A DNA stretch of 64,000 nucleotides from the NCBI GenBank assembly GCA_965140445.1, contig OZ223236.1, forward strand, positions 1,952,001 to 2,016,000, given 5' to 3'. The stretch comes from Candidatus Ozemobacteraceae bacterium. GTDB taxonomy: Bacteria > Muiribacteriota > Ozemobacteria > Ozemobacterales > Ozemobacteraceae. This document shows positions 1 through 9,967 of this stretch, in pieces. How positions within the stretch are numbered: position 1 is the stretch's first letter; each line of letters starts with the position of its first letter. Both the position numbers and the translations under genes were made by a program. Below the pieces are notes generated by a model that was given only the letters and a program-made list of their open reading frames with translations, made no database searches and was not told the origin of the DNA.

Positions 1-119
1 TTTGAAGCCACTGAACCTGTGTCGTCAGAAGACATTCCAGAGGTTTCTTTGTCGTGTTGTATGATTAGACCGACGATGACTAACCAGGTGATCAATACGC
101 CGATTAAAAAGTTTCGCAT
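1..119 (-). CDS. Partial CDS running off the window edge; probably the solute-binding or another component of the sugar ABC operon
   Basis: ATG at 119 with AGGA upstream, just after the permease stop. Reads MRNFLIGVLITWLVIVGLIIQHDKETSG..., an N-terminal hydrophobic anchor. Product inferred from context only. Confidence 0.5.
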   Translation of the reverse strand, partial: MRNFLIGVLITWLVIVGLIIQHDKETSGMSSDDTGSVAS

Positions 120-126
120 CGTCCTA

Positions 127-1095
127 TTACTCCTTCATTCCAGTCATTGCCTGAGATTCAACGAATTGTCTCTGAGCAAGGAAATACATAATAACCAAAG
201 GTACAATTGTCATTGTTGATGCCGCCATTAATGGCCCCCAGTTTGTTCCCGATTCGCTTGAGAAATAACTCAAACCCACCTGAATAACTCTGAGGTTTGT
301 ATCGTTAGTTACAATCAAAGGCCAGACAAAGCTGTTCCAGTTTGCTAGAAAAGAGAATATCCCAAGAGTAACCATGGGAGGTTTACTCAAAGGTAAAACG
401 ATCTTGTAATAGAACTGAAATCTTGTACAGCCATCTATGGTAGCGGCTTCGAAGAGATCTTTAGGTAGCTGAAGGAAGAACTGTCTTAAGAAAAAGACAG
501 AATAAGCTGAAGCCAGCCAGGGGACAATCAAAGACATGTATGTATTGATCCAACCCAATTTTGATAAGAAAATGTAGTTTGGAATCAATAGTGCCTGCTG
601 TGGAATCATCATAGTTCCAAGCATCATCATAAATAATTGATCCTGGAATGGAAATTTGAAGAAAGCAAAAGCATACGCAGCTAAAGAAGCAAAGAACAGA
701 GAAACTGCGGTCGTTGTAATTGCTACCAACAAAGTGTTCAGGAAAAACCTGTAGAAAGGCTGCGCCTCCCAGGCTTCTTTGTAGTTATCCCACCATTCGA
801 ATGGTTTTTTGATTCTTTTATTTCTTTCAGCAGGAGGTTTTGTCATTTCTTGTTTATAGATAATGGCATTTTCTTCTTTTTTCTTTATTCTGGCCAATTC
901 TTCTTCGCCGTTAAATATTGATGGCCTGGCGATATCAGGAAGAATAACGATAGATTTACTTGATGTTAGAATTTCATCTTCGCTCTTAAAAGATGTAGAA
1001 ATCATCCACACAAAAGGAAAGAGCATAAAGATTGATCCCAGGATCAATAGAAGATGTACCGGAAGATATTTTGGGGTTTTTGTTATTTTACTCAT
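127..1095 (-). CDS. Carbohydrate ABC transporter permease (MalG-type)
   Basis: EAA loop LFEAATIDGCTRFQ, FLANWNSFVWPL and multiple TM segments. Start placed at ATG 1095 (MSKITK) after an AAGGGGA RBS; the ORF track start at 1134 overlaps the upstream gene. Confidence 0.92.
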   Translation of the reverse strand: MSKITKTPKYLPVHLLLILGSIFMLFPFVWMISTSFKSEDEILTSSKSIVILPDIARPSIFNGEEELARIKKKEENAIIYKQEMTKPPAERNKRIKKPFEWWDNYKEAWEAQPFYRFFLNTLLVAITTTAVSLFFASLAAYAFAFFKFPFQDQLFMMMLGTMMIPQQALLIPNYIFLSKLGWINTYMSLIVPWLASAYSVFFLRQFFLQLPKDLFEAATIDGCTRFQFYYKIVLPLSKPPMVTLGIFSFLANWNSFVWPLIVTNDTNLRVIQVGLSYFSSESGTNWGPLMAASTMTIVPLVIMYFLAQRQFVESQAMTGMKE

Positions 1096-1108
1096 GGTTT
1101 TATTCCCC

Positions 1109-1989
1109 TTATGAATAGTGAACTTTCTTTTCAAGATAGAGCTTGTTGAAAAGAGTTACGCTGAAAATCATCATGAAAAGAACGAATGCGGCTGCAAGTG
1201 CATAGCCAAACTCAAATTTCTCAAATGCTTTTCTGTATAGGTAATAAACCACAACCATGGTGCTTTTTAACGGACCACCACGAGGAGTCATCATATAAAC
1301 TTGAGAGAATACCTGGAAAGAGCCTATTGTCGACATAACAAAGATGAAAAATGTTGTTGGCGACAGAAGAGGCCAGGTTATATGACGGAATTGCTGCCAT
1401 TTATTTGCACCATCAATCTTGGCAGCTTCATACAAATGTTTCGGAATGTTCTGTAGTCCTGCAAGGAAAATGATTACGTTGTATCCCAGACCCTTCCAGG
1501 ACGCTCATAAAAATAATACATGGCATTGCCCAGAAAGGGTCCCTGGAGCCAGGTTTGAGCGGAAAGGCCAAAAATGTCCAAAAGCTTATTTAACAAACCG
1601 AAGTCTGGGTGATAAATAAAGTTCCACACAATGGCAACGGCATTTATAGATGTAATTACCGGTATGAAATAAATGGTTCTGTATAAGCCTATGCTGGAAA
1701 TAGGATTATTTAACAAAAGTGCAATTGTTAGAGAGCACACAATTGAAAGAGGAACGCTCAAAGCTGCATAATAAAGCGTGTTCCAAAGGGATTTGTAAAA
1801 CATTGGATCATCAAATAGCCGGGAGTAATTCCCGGTTCCAACAAATTCTGGAGAGCCAATCAGATCCCATTCATAAAAACTGACAATTAGAGAATAAAAA
1901 ATCGGCAAAACGTGAAAGGAGAAGAGGATTACAAGGACTGGCATCAAGTATAAATATGCGCCCCAGTCTTTCTTTCTTTTGTTTGACAT
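1109..1989 (-). pseudogene. Carbohydrate ABC transporter permease (MalF/UgpA-type), split by frameshifts
   Basis: ORFs 1474..2040 and 1109..1435 join into one permease (...WLQDPFWAMPCIIFMSVWKGLGYNVIIFLAGLQNIPKHLYEAAKIDGA...) when one base is removed at 1541-1543 and one at 1499-1500. May be sequencing error rather than a true pseudogene. Confidence 0.85.
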
Positions 1990-2064
1990 TACATTGTATC
2001 CTGAGAGATAAGATTTTGTGAAACCATCTGTCAGAAACAAACTGACAGCTGGTATGAAACTTTA

Positions 2065-3681
2065 CTACCTTGTGTTGGCTTTTCCCGAAAGAAACAGCAT
2101 CAGGTTATCATAAATACGTGGTGTTTCGTGCTTAAATGGAGATGGGCCTGGTTGAGCTTCATTTATATCACTATCTGGATATTGATAATCTGTGAAGTTA
2201 CAGCATCCCATCAAAACAAGAGTTCCGTTTACTATTTTTTCAATTGCCATTATTGGAATTGGAAGACCTTTTGGATAGATAACCGCAGGAACCTGCTTGT
2301 TTCCATCTTTGTTGAATGAGTCATTGTCACCACTAATTAAAATTTCCACACCCGCATCTTCAGTCAGAGGAGTATCTTTTCTGGTGATCAGGGAGCAGGT
2401 TCCCCATGTTATAACAGTGTTTACGCCATTAGTTATTGGGTGCCCTTTTTTTAGCACATGAGCCAGAACGCCCCATGGCTTATTGGTTTTGTTTGTGTTA
2501 TCCCAAACCTGATCATCATTTAATTTCATGACTGATCCAATGTTGGCCAGAAGATTATTTATAGTAGCAGTTCCACGTAATTTTGATGAATCCCATGAAC
2601 CGCCAATTACAAGCTTTCCACCGTTCATAAACCAGTCGGAAACAGCTGCAACTTCTGGATTAAGGTATTTCAGGGAAGGATCTGGAATAATCAAAGTCGA
2701 GAAAGACTTTAACATCTCTGGTTTGAGAAGATTTAACGTGTAATAAACCTTCAAGCCAAGCTTTTTCATGTGGCGCTCAAAGGTTTCCATCTTGTCTGAT
2801 GCGGCATTACCATGAGCAGCATCAATCAAAATGTTAATGTTTTTTTCATTCATGTTTGCTTCATTAAAGAAAGCAACTTTTCTTGAAGGAATTCTTTTGT
2901 CAGGAGTATTGCCGCAAACCCATGAAACAGCGTTGAAAGCAAGTTGTGGATGAGAATACATGAAAGAATCGTAACTGTCATGAAGCTTGTTTTTACCGCC
3001 GCTTCCAGTGCCATCGTCAAAAGGTGAACTATCACCAATTGCTACAACCCTACCGGTTCCGACTTCTGAAGCAACTACGTAAGGAGCCTTTTTCCAACGG
3101 CTATCGATAAGGCCAGTCGCTTTAGCTCCATCTTTTTCAAGAATTTTGAAAGTTGATCCAGCCCATGCTCCAACACCGCGAACACCAAACATCGCTGGAT
3201 GTTGTTTGTTTGCAGGCCCCTGAAGTGGAGATTCATACAAAAAATCTCCATTGAATTCAAAACCAAATTCAGGGCAAAAGTTATTTAAAGCTTTGACGGC
3301 GTCCCAGCCGTTTCCATTTCTGTCTGCATTTCCGTGATCGCCAATTAAAAAAGCTCCGCCGCCGTTTTTAACAAACTCAACAATCGCTTTCTTTTCTTTA
3401 TCACTAAAAGGATTGTTAGGTTCAGCAATAATAATTGCTTGGAAATCAGCAAGAATTTCAGATGTTAAAACTCCAGAATCTGAGACTTTGCTAAGACATT
3501 TAACTTGGAAACCATTGTCAATGAGCATGTCAACCATGTCCGAATATGCACCGGATGGTATCCAATCGGCATTTCCTGCCGTTTGGCCATGAGTGTCATC
3601 ATAAAGAACAAAAGCCGCTTGTGCTCCAGTACAAATGCCTAAGAGAAACATAGCCAGAAACAAAACTGAAATTTTTTTCAT
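2065..3681 (-). CDS. Secreted protein with two tandem GATase-like (DUF4350/GldG-like) domains
   Basis: Signal peptide (AQA). Two related halves: LYDDTHGQTAGNADW...FVKNGGGAFLIGDH and LIDAAHGNAA...WFMNGGKLVIGG. Confidence 0.65.
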   Translation of the reverse strand: MKKISVLFLAMFLLGICTGAQAAFVLYDDTHGQTAGNADWIPSGAYSDMVDMLIDNGFQVKCLSKVSDSGVLTSEILADFQAIIIAEPNNPFSDKEKKAIVEFVKNGGGAFLIGDHGNADRNGNGWDAVKALNNFCPEFGFEFNGDFLYESPLQGPANKQHPAMFGVRGVGAWAGSTFKILEKDGAKATGLIDSRWKKAPYVVASEVGTGRVVAIGDSSPFDDGTGSGGKNKLHDSYDSFMYSHPQLAFNAVSWVCGNTPDKRIPSRKVAFFNEANMNEKNINILIDAAHGNAASDKMETFERHMKKLGLKVYYTLNLLKPEMLKSFSTLIIPDPSLKYLNPEVAAVSDWFMNGGKLVIGGSWDSSKLRGTATINNLLANIGSVMKLNDDQVWDNTNKTNKPWGVLAHVLKKGHPITNGVNTVITWGTCSLITRKDTPLTEDAGVEILISGDNDSFNKDGNKQVPAVIYPKGLPIPIMAIEKIVNGTLVLMGCCNFTDYQYPDSDINEAQPGPSPFKHETPRIYDNLMLFLSGKANTR

Positions 3682-3766
3682 CCACTTTCCCCTTACTCTG
3701 GTTTAAGTCGTTCCAGTATATGAAAAAACTCTTTAAGAGGCAAGCGCGAAGTGTTTTTGAATGTAC

Positions 3767-5614
3767 CTATCTGTCTGAGACCAATCCGTTAACTATATCT
3801 TGAAGGTTTCCAGTCCATAGGTTCATGGGACCACAGAAATTTGATAGGAAAAACAAATTTTCAGTTTCAGGGTTTATAAAAATGGTTCTTATATTGTAAT
3901 CCTGTAAAAACTTTAACAATGAATAAGCTTTTGGGGCTGTTCTATCAGAAAACAAGACCATGTTGTCTTCGACGAAAGGGTAGGGGCTATGACGGAAATT
4001 ATGAGTGTTTTGTGGTTGAGGTATTGAATCGGGTTTACGCAAACCAATAAACCAGTAGTTTTGCACCTCATCTGAATAAACGTGGTTTATATGGCTAAAA
4101 CCAGCGTCGTATACATTTTTATACTTTCCATCAAGAGTTTTGTATACATAAAGGTATTTCATCGGTAGATCAACCGAGTCTGTTTTTGATTTATTTTCTT
4201 TGGCTGCTGCAATTCCTGGGGTGGCAGTCAATTTTGCAGTAAAGTTTTGAGAGAGATCCCAGATCGGTAGATTCAACTTTTTGCTTACCAGACGGCCCTC
4301 TAAGAATAGAACCCTGTCAAGGGTCCAGAAAGATACAAGCTTAATTGTATTTCTGGATTCAAATCTTTGCGCATGGTCTTCTACGGCTACTCCACCCGGA
4401 GTTAGGTTAAATCTATGCAATATTGACTTTCTCAAATCCAGATCGTCAAAAATATATTTATCTCTGGATTGACCAATAATCTCAACTACGGCAAACGCAT
4501 TACTGTCAAAAGACCAGGTGAGTTCTGATATTGGATTGGCAAGGTGCTGAACTGAAGGAAACAGCTTTTGCTGTTTAACATCAATCAGGTGAAATTTCTT
4601 TCCGGTGGTGAAAATCAGCTTTTCTCCGTTTGGAGCCCAGTAAGGGTAGGAGAAAATATGGTTTGATTCCAGCTTCTCATTGTCAATAAATGTCAGGCGT
4701 TTTTTATCCGTTGCTGAATAAACAAAAGCGATTCGGTCTTGTGTTGATTTCTCTAAAACCATCCCTGCCAGATAGTCATTTTTTGGTGACCATTTCATTT
4801 GCAACAATAAAACATCTTCATTGTCAAAAACCTTTGATACGGAGCCTGAAGCAATATCCATTACCATTGGAATGCCGCCGTCAGCGAACGCAACAAATTT
4901 GCTGTCCTGCGAAGGGGTGAGGTTTGAATACCAGTTTTTTCCCTGGCCCAGTATCATTTTGTTGGTGTTTTCAGAATCCTCGCCCAGTATAAACATCCTG
5001 TTTGCACGCAAGAACGGACGTGTTACTAAAACATTTTCATTTGGTAATACACAAAAACTTTCGTCTGGCTCAAGGCTTTTGATATTGTTGGACAGACACG
5101 AAGCTTTTAGTTTTTCTGAAATTAAACATTCTTTGCGGGTAAACTGATCGGGAATTTTAAAAAGAGTGTCCGCATTATCAAGTAGATATGACGCGTCAGT
5201 AGTAGACTTTTCCTTAAGGTGAGAATTTATAAGGTCAAGGGCATGGTTTAAGCCCAATTCTTTCAATCTGATCAGATTCTGATTGTCTGCCCATGTGTCC
5301 ATAGCTTTTCCAGGTGAATAAACCATTTCAATTGAAGTAGCAGGGGCGATTTTCTGAAGTTTAGAAAGATACTGAATATAATTTTCAACAAGATTCAGGA
5401 TTAGATTGAGTTTGGGTAGTTCAAATTTTAACGGATGCTCAGAATTAATCCCTGAGCGCAGCGGAAGATAAAATTTCAAATCAACTCTGGGTGAATTAAA
5501 TTGAATCATCTGCGCCGTGACCTGTGCGTTTGAGGGGCTTATGAAAGCCAGAATCATGGCTGCAAAAAGGCAGGCTCGGGCAAACTTTAATGTGCAAATT
5601 TCTTTAAATTTCAT
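3767..5614 (-). CDS. Secreted TolB/WD40-like beta-propeller protein
   Basis: Signal peptide and PD40-like blade motifs (PSQDSKFVAF, WSPKNDYLA, WAPNGEKLIF, WSFDSNAFAV). Confidence 0.6.
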   Translation of the reverse strand: MKFKEICTLKFARACLFAAMILAFISPSNAQVTAQMIQFNSPRVDLKFYLPLRSGINSEHPLKFELPKLNLILNLVENYIQYLSKLQKIAPATSIEMVYSPGKAMDTWADNQNLIRLKELGLNHALDLINSHLKEKSTTDASYLLDNADTLFKIPDQFTRKECLISEKLKASCLSNNIKSLEPDESFCVLPNENVLVTRPFLRANRMFILGEDSENTNKMILGQGKNWYSNLTPSQDSKFVAFADGGIPMVMDIASGSVSKVFDNEDVLLLQMKWSPKNDYLAGMVLEKSTQDRIAFVYSATDKKRLTFIDNEKLESNHIFSYPYWAPNGEKLIFTTGKKFHLIDVKQQKLFPSVQHLANPISELTWSFDSNAFAVVEIIGQSRDKYIFDDLDLRKSILHRFNLTPGGVAVEDHAQRFESRNTIKLVSFWTLDRVLFLEGRLVSKKLNLPIWDLSQNFTAKLTATPGIAAAKENKSKTDSVDLPMKYLYVYKTLDGKYKNVYDAGFSHINHVYSDEVQNYWFIGLRKPDSIPQPQNTHNFRHSPYPFVEDNMVLFSDRTAPKAYSLLKFLQDYNIRTIFINPETENLFFLSNFCGPMNLWTGNLQDIVNGLVSDR

Positions 5615-5625
5615 AATCAGACTAA

Positions 5626-6687
5626 CTAATCCTTCCTCAAGCTTTTAAAAATTTCTTCTACTAAACCGTCTACTAACTTATCTGCTGGCAATGTCCTCAC
5701 AACCTTGCCTTTCTTAAAAATTAATCCACTTTCTTTTCCTCCGGCTATGCCGAAATCCGCTTGCTCTGCTTCTCCGGGGCCGTTTACAGCGCATCCCATT
5801 ACCGCGACCTGAAAGCTTTCTTCTATGCCTTCCAGGCGTTGTCTAACCTGTCTGGCTATATCTTGTAGCGGAATCTGACAGCGTCCGCAAGTTGGACAGG
5901 ATACTATTGTAGGGCCATCCAGGAGCAAACCTGTGGCTTTGAGAATTCTTTTCCCGGTGACCACTTCATCTACAGAATTGCCTGTTAGCGAAACTCTTAT
6001 CGTATCCCCAATTCCTTCCATCAAAAGTGAACCGATCCCAATTGAAGATCTGATAATTCCCTCTTCGGGAAGGCCGGATTCGGTTACTCCGAGATGAATC
6101 GGATAATCGCACTTGTCCGCGACTATTTTCACGGCTTGAATCATCTTCTCTAATTCGAAAGCTTTTACAGCAATTTTTATCAAATTAAAGTCCATCTTTT
6201 CGAGCAATTCAACTTCTTTGAGAGCTGATTCGGCAAGACCTTCAGCCGTTACTCCGCCGTATTTTGCCTTAATGGCTGGATCAAGGGAGCCGGCATTCAC
6301 ACCTACTCGTATAGGGATTTTCTTTTCCTTTGCTGCAGCCGCAATTAAAGCTATGTTTTCTTCCGATCTGATGTTGCCAGGATTCAATCTAAGTCCTTGA
6401 ACCCCATTTTCTATTGCAGCCAGAGCCAGTTTATAATCAAAATGGATATCTGCAATAACTGGAATGGGGGACATCTCGGTGATTTCTTTTAGTGAAGTTG
6501 CGGCCTGCATGTCTGGAACAGCTAATCTGATTATGTCGCAACCGGCATTTGCCAGATTAATTATTTCGGAAATGGTTTTATCTGCATCTCTCGTATCTGT
6601 TTTTGTCATCGATTGAACAGAAACTGGTGAATCCCCTCCAACCGCAACGTTTCCGAGAAATATTTTTTTACTTTTTCGTCTATTCAT
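5626..6687 (-). CDS. ispG: 4-hydroxy-3-methylbut-2-en-1-yl diphosphate synthase
   Basis: VQSMT, IADIHF, RLNPGN, RVGVNAGSL, HLGVTE, SCPTCGRC and VMGCAVNGPGE motifs. Confidence 0.98.
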   Translation of the reverse strand: MNRRKSKKIFLGNVAVGGDSPVSVQSMTKTDTRDADKTISEIINLANAGCDIIRLAVPDMQAATSLKEITEMSPIPVIADIHFDYKLALAAIENGVQGLRLNPGNIRSEENIALIAAAAKEKKIPIRVGVNAGSLDPAIKAKYGGVTAEGLAESALKEVELLEKMDFNLIKIAVKAFELEKMIQAVKIVADKCDYPIHLGVTESGLPEEGIIRSSIGIGSLLMEGIGDTIRVSLTGNSVDEVVTGKRILKATGLLLDGPTIVSCPTCGRCQIPLQDIARQVRQRLEGIEESFQVAVMGCAVNGPGEAEQADFGIAGGKESGLIFKKGKVVRTLPADKLVDGLVEEIFKSLRKD

Positions 6688-8753
6688 TATTTTACCCTTC
6701 GTTTAAGAAGAAAGAATGTTATGTCGTCTTTAAAGCCTTTTTGAGAAAATTCTGAACTGATAATTGCTTTTATTTCAGAAGCAAGTTTCTTTATGCAGCC
6801 AGTGTTTTTTTCCTTTAAAAAGTTTATCAGGTCTCCGGCTTTTGAGTCTTCAAAAAGTTTATAGAGTCCGTTACTTGAGACAAATAGTAATTCATCTTTA
6901 TCCGGATAGCTAATTGAGGTGGATTCTACAAACTCTTGTTCCTCAAGTCCTAGAGGTTTGCCTGATTCTACAATTTTTTTGCAAACTTTGCCTGCTAAAA
7001 AAAGTGGAGATGGATTTCCCGCATTGAAAATGGCCAATTGCCCTTTTTCTGGAACAATCAGGGTAACTGCGCTAGACAGCGAGAAGGCGGAAAAACTCCG
7101 CAACACCTCATTCAGCTTCTTAAATCTTTCCGTTGGAATTGCGGATCGAAAAATGGAAAACACCAGATTTAAAGTTAGAACAGCTTTTATGCCATGATGA
7201 AAGGCATCGTATAAAGCAATGAAACTGGTTTGAGGACCGTCCATTATGTCAATCATGTCCCCTTTTATTTCTTTGGAAAGGGAACTGTAGGTTTCGATTT
7301 CGAACTCATGAAACCTATCAATGTTTTTATCTGCAGAAATTGCTCGCAGCATCTTTTGAGCCCAGGAAATCTCCTGCTTTGATCGATCGTGCTCCAGCAA
7401 CTCCAGAATCATCTGGAAGTTGGAAAATATATGTGGAATCTCACTGACAACCTCTTTTACAAGGCTGAGTTCATTCTCTGTGTAGGGGACTTTTGAGGTT
7501 TTCGGGCCCAAAAAGCAGAACCCGAAAAATTTCTTCTGGTCATAAATCCTGAAAATATATCTATACCCCGATTCTCTCCACTTATCAGCAAAAGCGCATT
7601 CAGGATCAGAGCTTTGCTTGTATGCAAGGATTTCTTCCAGCTCATAGATTCCTTCGGGAAATGCATCCTCAATCTCTGGAAACGGCTGCCCATCATCTGG
7701 AAACAAATGATCTTTGCCATTCACTCGAATGTTACAAATGGAAAAATCTATGACCAGTTTGAGCTCAGACACAAGCCTTTTAAGCGCAGCTGTTTCATTT
7801 TTGGATTTACGCATTTCGTCAATGATGTGCCGCATTACCGTCGCTGAATCAAAATTCTGTCTGCCAAAAAATTTATCAACAAGGCTGTTTAACAAATCTT
7901 TTAGCGGAGAGAACAGTGCTGCAATGGTTAAAGTGGAAAGAATCTTTGACCAGACTCCTGAAAGATCCAGAATGTTCTGCATTAACTCCTGCATAAGTTC
8001 CATTGAACCGGCAAGAATTGCAGTTAGAAGCGTGTATACCAGACCAATAGAAAAAATAAGATCTATTTCCATCAAGCTGTATTTAAGCATTGTATAGCTC
8101 AAAATAACTCCCATTGCGATACTTAAAGCCGGAAAAATCCCAAAAGAATATGCTGTTCCGCTTTCCATGTAAAATTTGCTGAACGCAATAAAAATAGAAC
8201 CGGCTGCAATCGGCAGGAGCATGGCGGTAAAGGTATATCGCAATCTTCTATACTGAATCGGTGATTTGGCCTGTTTTCGGCTTTTAGAGAGGGTTGTCAA
8301 AGACAAAAATAGATAGCCAATTAAAATGCCTTTTATAACAAATTCGGATTTTCCAAATTTAAAGGAAAAGCCAGCTGGTATTTCTGCAATACTTGTAAAA
8401 AGGTTTCCGCTCCAGATTAGATAGAGCAAAAAGGCTGCGGGAATGAATGCCAGCAGAGAGTTTATTTTGTTTTTTATTACAAAAGCTTCTGGTTGTGGTT
8501 CCGGGAAGATTGCCGCAAACACACAAAAGAAATAGGCCAGAAGAACTGCTGGAGTAAACATCAGCTTTATTCCAAGATCGCTGATTCCATTGTAAATTAA
8601 ATTTAATTCGCCTGCTGTCCAGATCAGAAAAAGAAGCAGCTGAAAGCTGAAGATTTGATTAGGCTTTTTGAGAGGTCCGCGGACAAAAACCAATAAGCCT
8701 AATGTCAGCTGGGTAAGAATGGAAATAATACATAAAAATATTGAAACAGACAC
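6687..8753 (-). CDS. Membrane protein: N-terminal 7TM-type sensor region, GAF-like region and C-terminal SpoIIE/PP2C-type phosphatase domain
   Basis: About 9 TM helices, LGPKTSKVPYTENEL GAF-like end, and PP2C-like motifs KGDMID, DAFHHG, NAGNPSP, SNGL, DDIT. Confidence 0.75.
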   Translation of the reverse strand: MSVSIFLCIISILTQLTLGLLVFVRGPLKKPNQIFSFQLLLFLIWTAGELNLIYNGISDLGIKLMFTPAVLLAYFFCVFAAIFPEPQPEAFVIKNKINSLLAFIPAAFLLYLIWSGNLFTSIAEIPAGFSFKFGKSEFVIKGILIGYLFLSLTTLSKSRKQAKSPIQYRRLRYTFTAMLLPIAAGSIFIAFSKFYMESGTAYSFGIFPALSIAMGVILSYTMLKYSLMEIDLIFSIGLVYTLLTAILAGSMELMQELMQNILDLSGVWSKILSTLTIAALFSPLKDLLNSLVDKFFGRQNFDSATVMRHIIDEMRKSKNETAALKRLVSELKLVIDFSICNIRVNGKDHLFPDDGQPFPEIEDAFPEGIYELEEILAYKQSSDPECAFADKWRESGYRYIFRIYDQKKFFGFCFLGPKTSKVPYTENELSLVKEVVSEIPHIFSNFQMILELLEHDRSKQEISWAQKMLRAISADKNIDRFHEFEIETYSSLSKEIKGDMIDIMDGPQTSFIALYDAFHHGIKAVLTLNLVFSIFRSAIPTERFKKLNEVLRSFSAFSLSSAVTLIVPEKGQLAIFNAGNPSPLFLAGKVCKKIVESGKPLGLEEQEFVESTSISYPDKDELLFVSSNGLYKLFEDSKAGDLINFLKEKNTGCIKKLASEIKAIISSEFSQKGFKDDITFFLLKRRVK

Positions 8754-8760
8754 CAGTTAT

Positions 8761-9387
8761 TTACCTTAGTTTCCAATTAGGTTGCCTGATTCTTGATGCT
8801 GCTGGCCTGAGTTTAACAGCAGTGACCATGGCAGAAGAGTCGGTTTGAAGTTTTAGAGCCAGCTTGATTCTTATAAAGCTTATTTTTTTCCTCTGCCCCG
8901 AGTCATTTGAAATCATGTCAAATGGATAATAAGACCAGCCTGTGGGAGAATTTTCATCTTTCTCTTCGAAATAGGGAAAGAAAATATCTTCTTCTATTTT
9001 ATCTACTGAAAAGAGTTTTATGGGGTTTTCCCTGTTCTCGGAGCGCCATAAAACCATTTTTTTTCCAAGTTTTTCGACTTCATAAGTTACCGTAACCAGA
9101 GAATCTTCTCCTGGGTCTGGCTTGTCCTTGGAATATTTGTAAACTCTTATTTTTATAGAGTCCTGTTTTATGTTGATTACTTCTTTTGTGCAGCGAAGAT
9201 CTGCAACAATTCGTTCTAATTTGTTTCGAAGTTCAGAGGTTAGGGTTAAGGTTGCCGTGTTTTTTCTGACGGTTGACATCCCGGTAGATTGGAGAAGGTA
9301 AAGAACGCCGCCCACAAGTATCGTGAGGGACATTCCTAAAAGGAGTTCCACGAGAGTAAAAGCTTTTTTATTCTTTCTTCTCGTCAT
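8761..9387 (-). CDS. Prepilin-type N-terminal cleavage/methylation protein (PilW/PulJ-like)
   Basis: Basic leader, then KKA|FTLVELL with Glu at +5 and a hydrophobic helix. Confidence 0.8.
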   Translation of the reverse strand: MTRRKNKKAFTLVELLLGMSLTILVGGVLYLLQSTGMSTVRKNTATLTLTSELRNKLERIVADLRCTKEVINIKQDSIKIRVYKYSKDKPDPGEDSLVTVTYEVEKLGKKMVLWRSENRENPIKLFSVDKIEEDIFFPYFEEKDENSPTGWSYYPFDMISNDSGQRKKISFIRIKLALKLQTDSSAMVTAVKLRPAASRIRQPNWKLR

Positions 9388-9965
9388 TTGTGTTTTCCTA
9401 TGAGCGTTGTTAGCTGGGCAATCTGTTTTTCATCTTTATCAAAAACTGATACCGTAACCTTTTTCAACTTGGGAACGGATAAAGACCCAAAAAACTCAAC
9501 CTCGACTACTCTTCTGAATCTTCGCATGTCTTCAGGATAAGTGGTTAATTTTTTCAACATTGCTTTGGGATAAAGATTTTGGAGTTTTCTCCAGCTCGTT
9601 TTCATATCGTCATCAGTAAGGGATTTGTCAGTAAAGATATCTGTGAAAACCTTTTTGAAATTTTCTTTATTGATAAAAGCCTCTTCAAATTTTGGCCTAT
9701 CCTGATACACTTCTTTAAAATTAAAATAATCAGATTGAATCAGATCAAATGGTAGCCCTTTGATTTCTTCTATTTTTTCTCTGGCGATATTGTAGGCGAG
9801 AACGTGTTCTTCAACATTATGAGTTCCCTGTGCCCCAAAAATAAACATATTTGTAAATGGCAAAGCAATAATTCCCACAAGAAAAAGAACTGTGAGAATT
9901 TCTATTAAAGTAAACCCATCGCGACAAAGGGTAAAGATTCTGTTTTTGTGAGCAAAAAGTGCCAT
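9384..9965 (-). CDS. Prepilin-type N-terminal cleavage/methylation protein (PilV/PulI-like)
   Basis: RDG|FTLIEIL class III signal; 4-nt overlap with the next gene. Confidence 0.85.
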   Translation of the reverse strand: MALFAHKNRIFTLCRDGFTLIEILTVLFLVGIIALPFTNMFIFGAQGTHNVEEHVLAYNIAREKIEEIKGLPFDLIQSDYFNFKEVYQDRPKFEEAFINKENFKKVFTDIFTDKSLTDDDMKTSWRKLQNLYPKAMLKKLTTYPEDMRRFRRVVEVEFFGSLSVPKLKKVTVSVFDKDEKQIAQLTTLIGKHK

Positions 9966-9967
9966 TC

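Noticed and set aside
1474..1545. Programmed ribosomal frameshift in the permease
   Set aside because: Two separate shifts would be needed and no slippery heptamer is present; indel error is simpler.
2028..2048. Small hairpin CTGTCAG-N7-CTGACAG upstream of the ABC permeases
   Set aside because: Only a 7-bp stem with no U-tract; cannot be distinguished from chance or assigned as operator or terminator.
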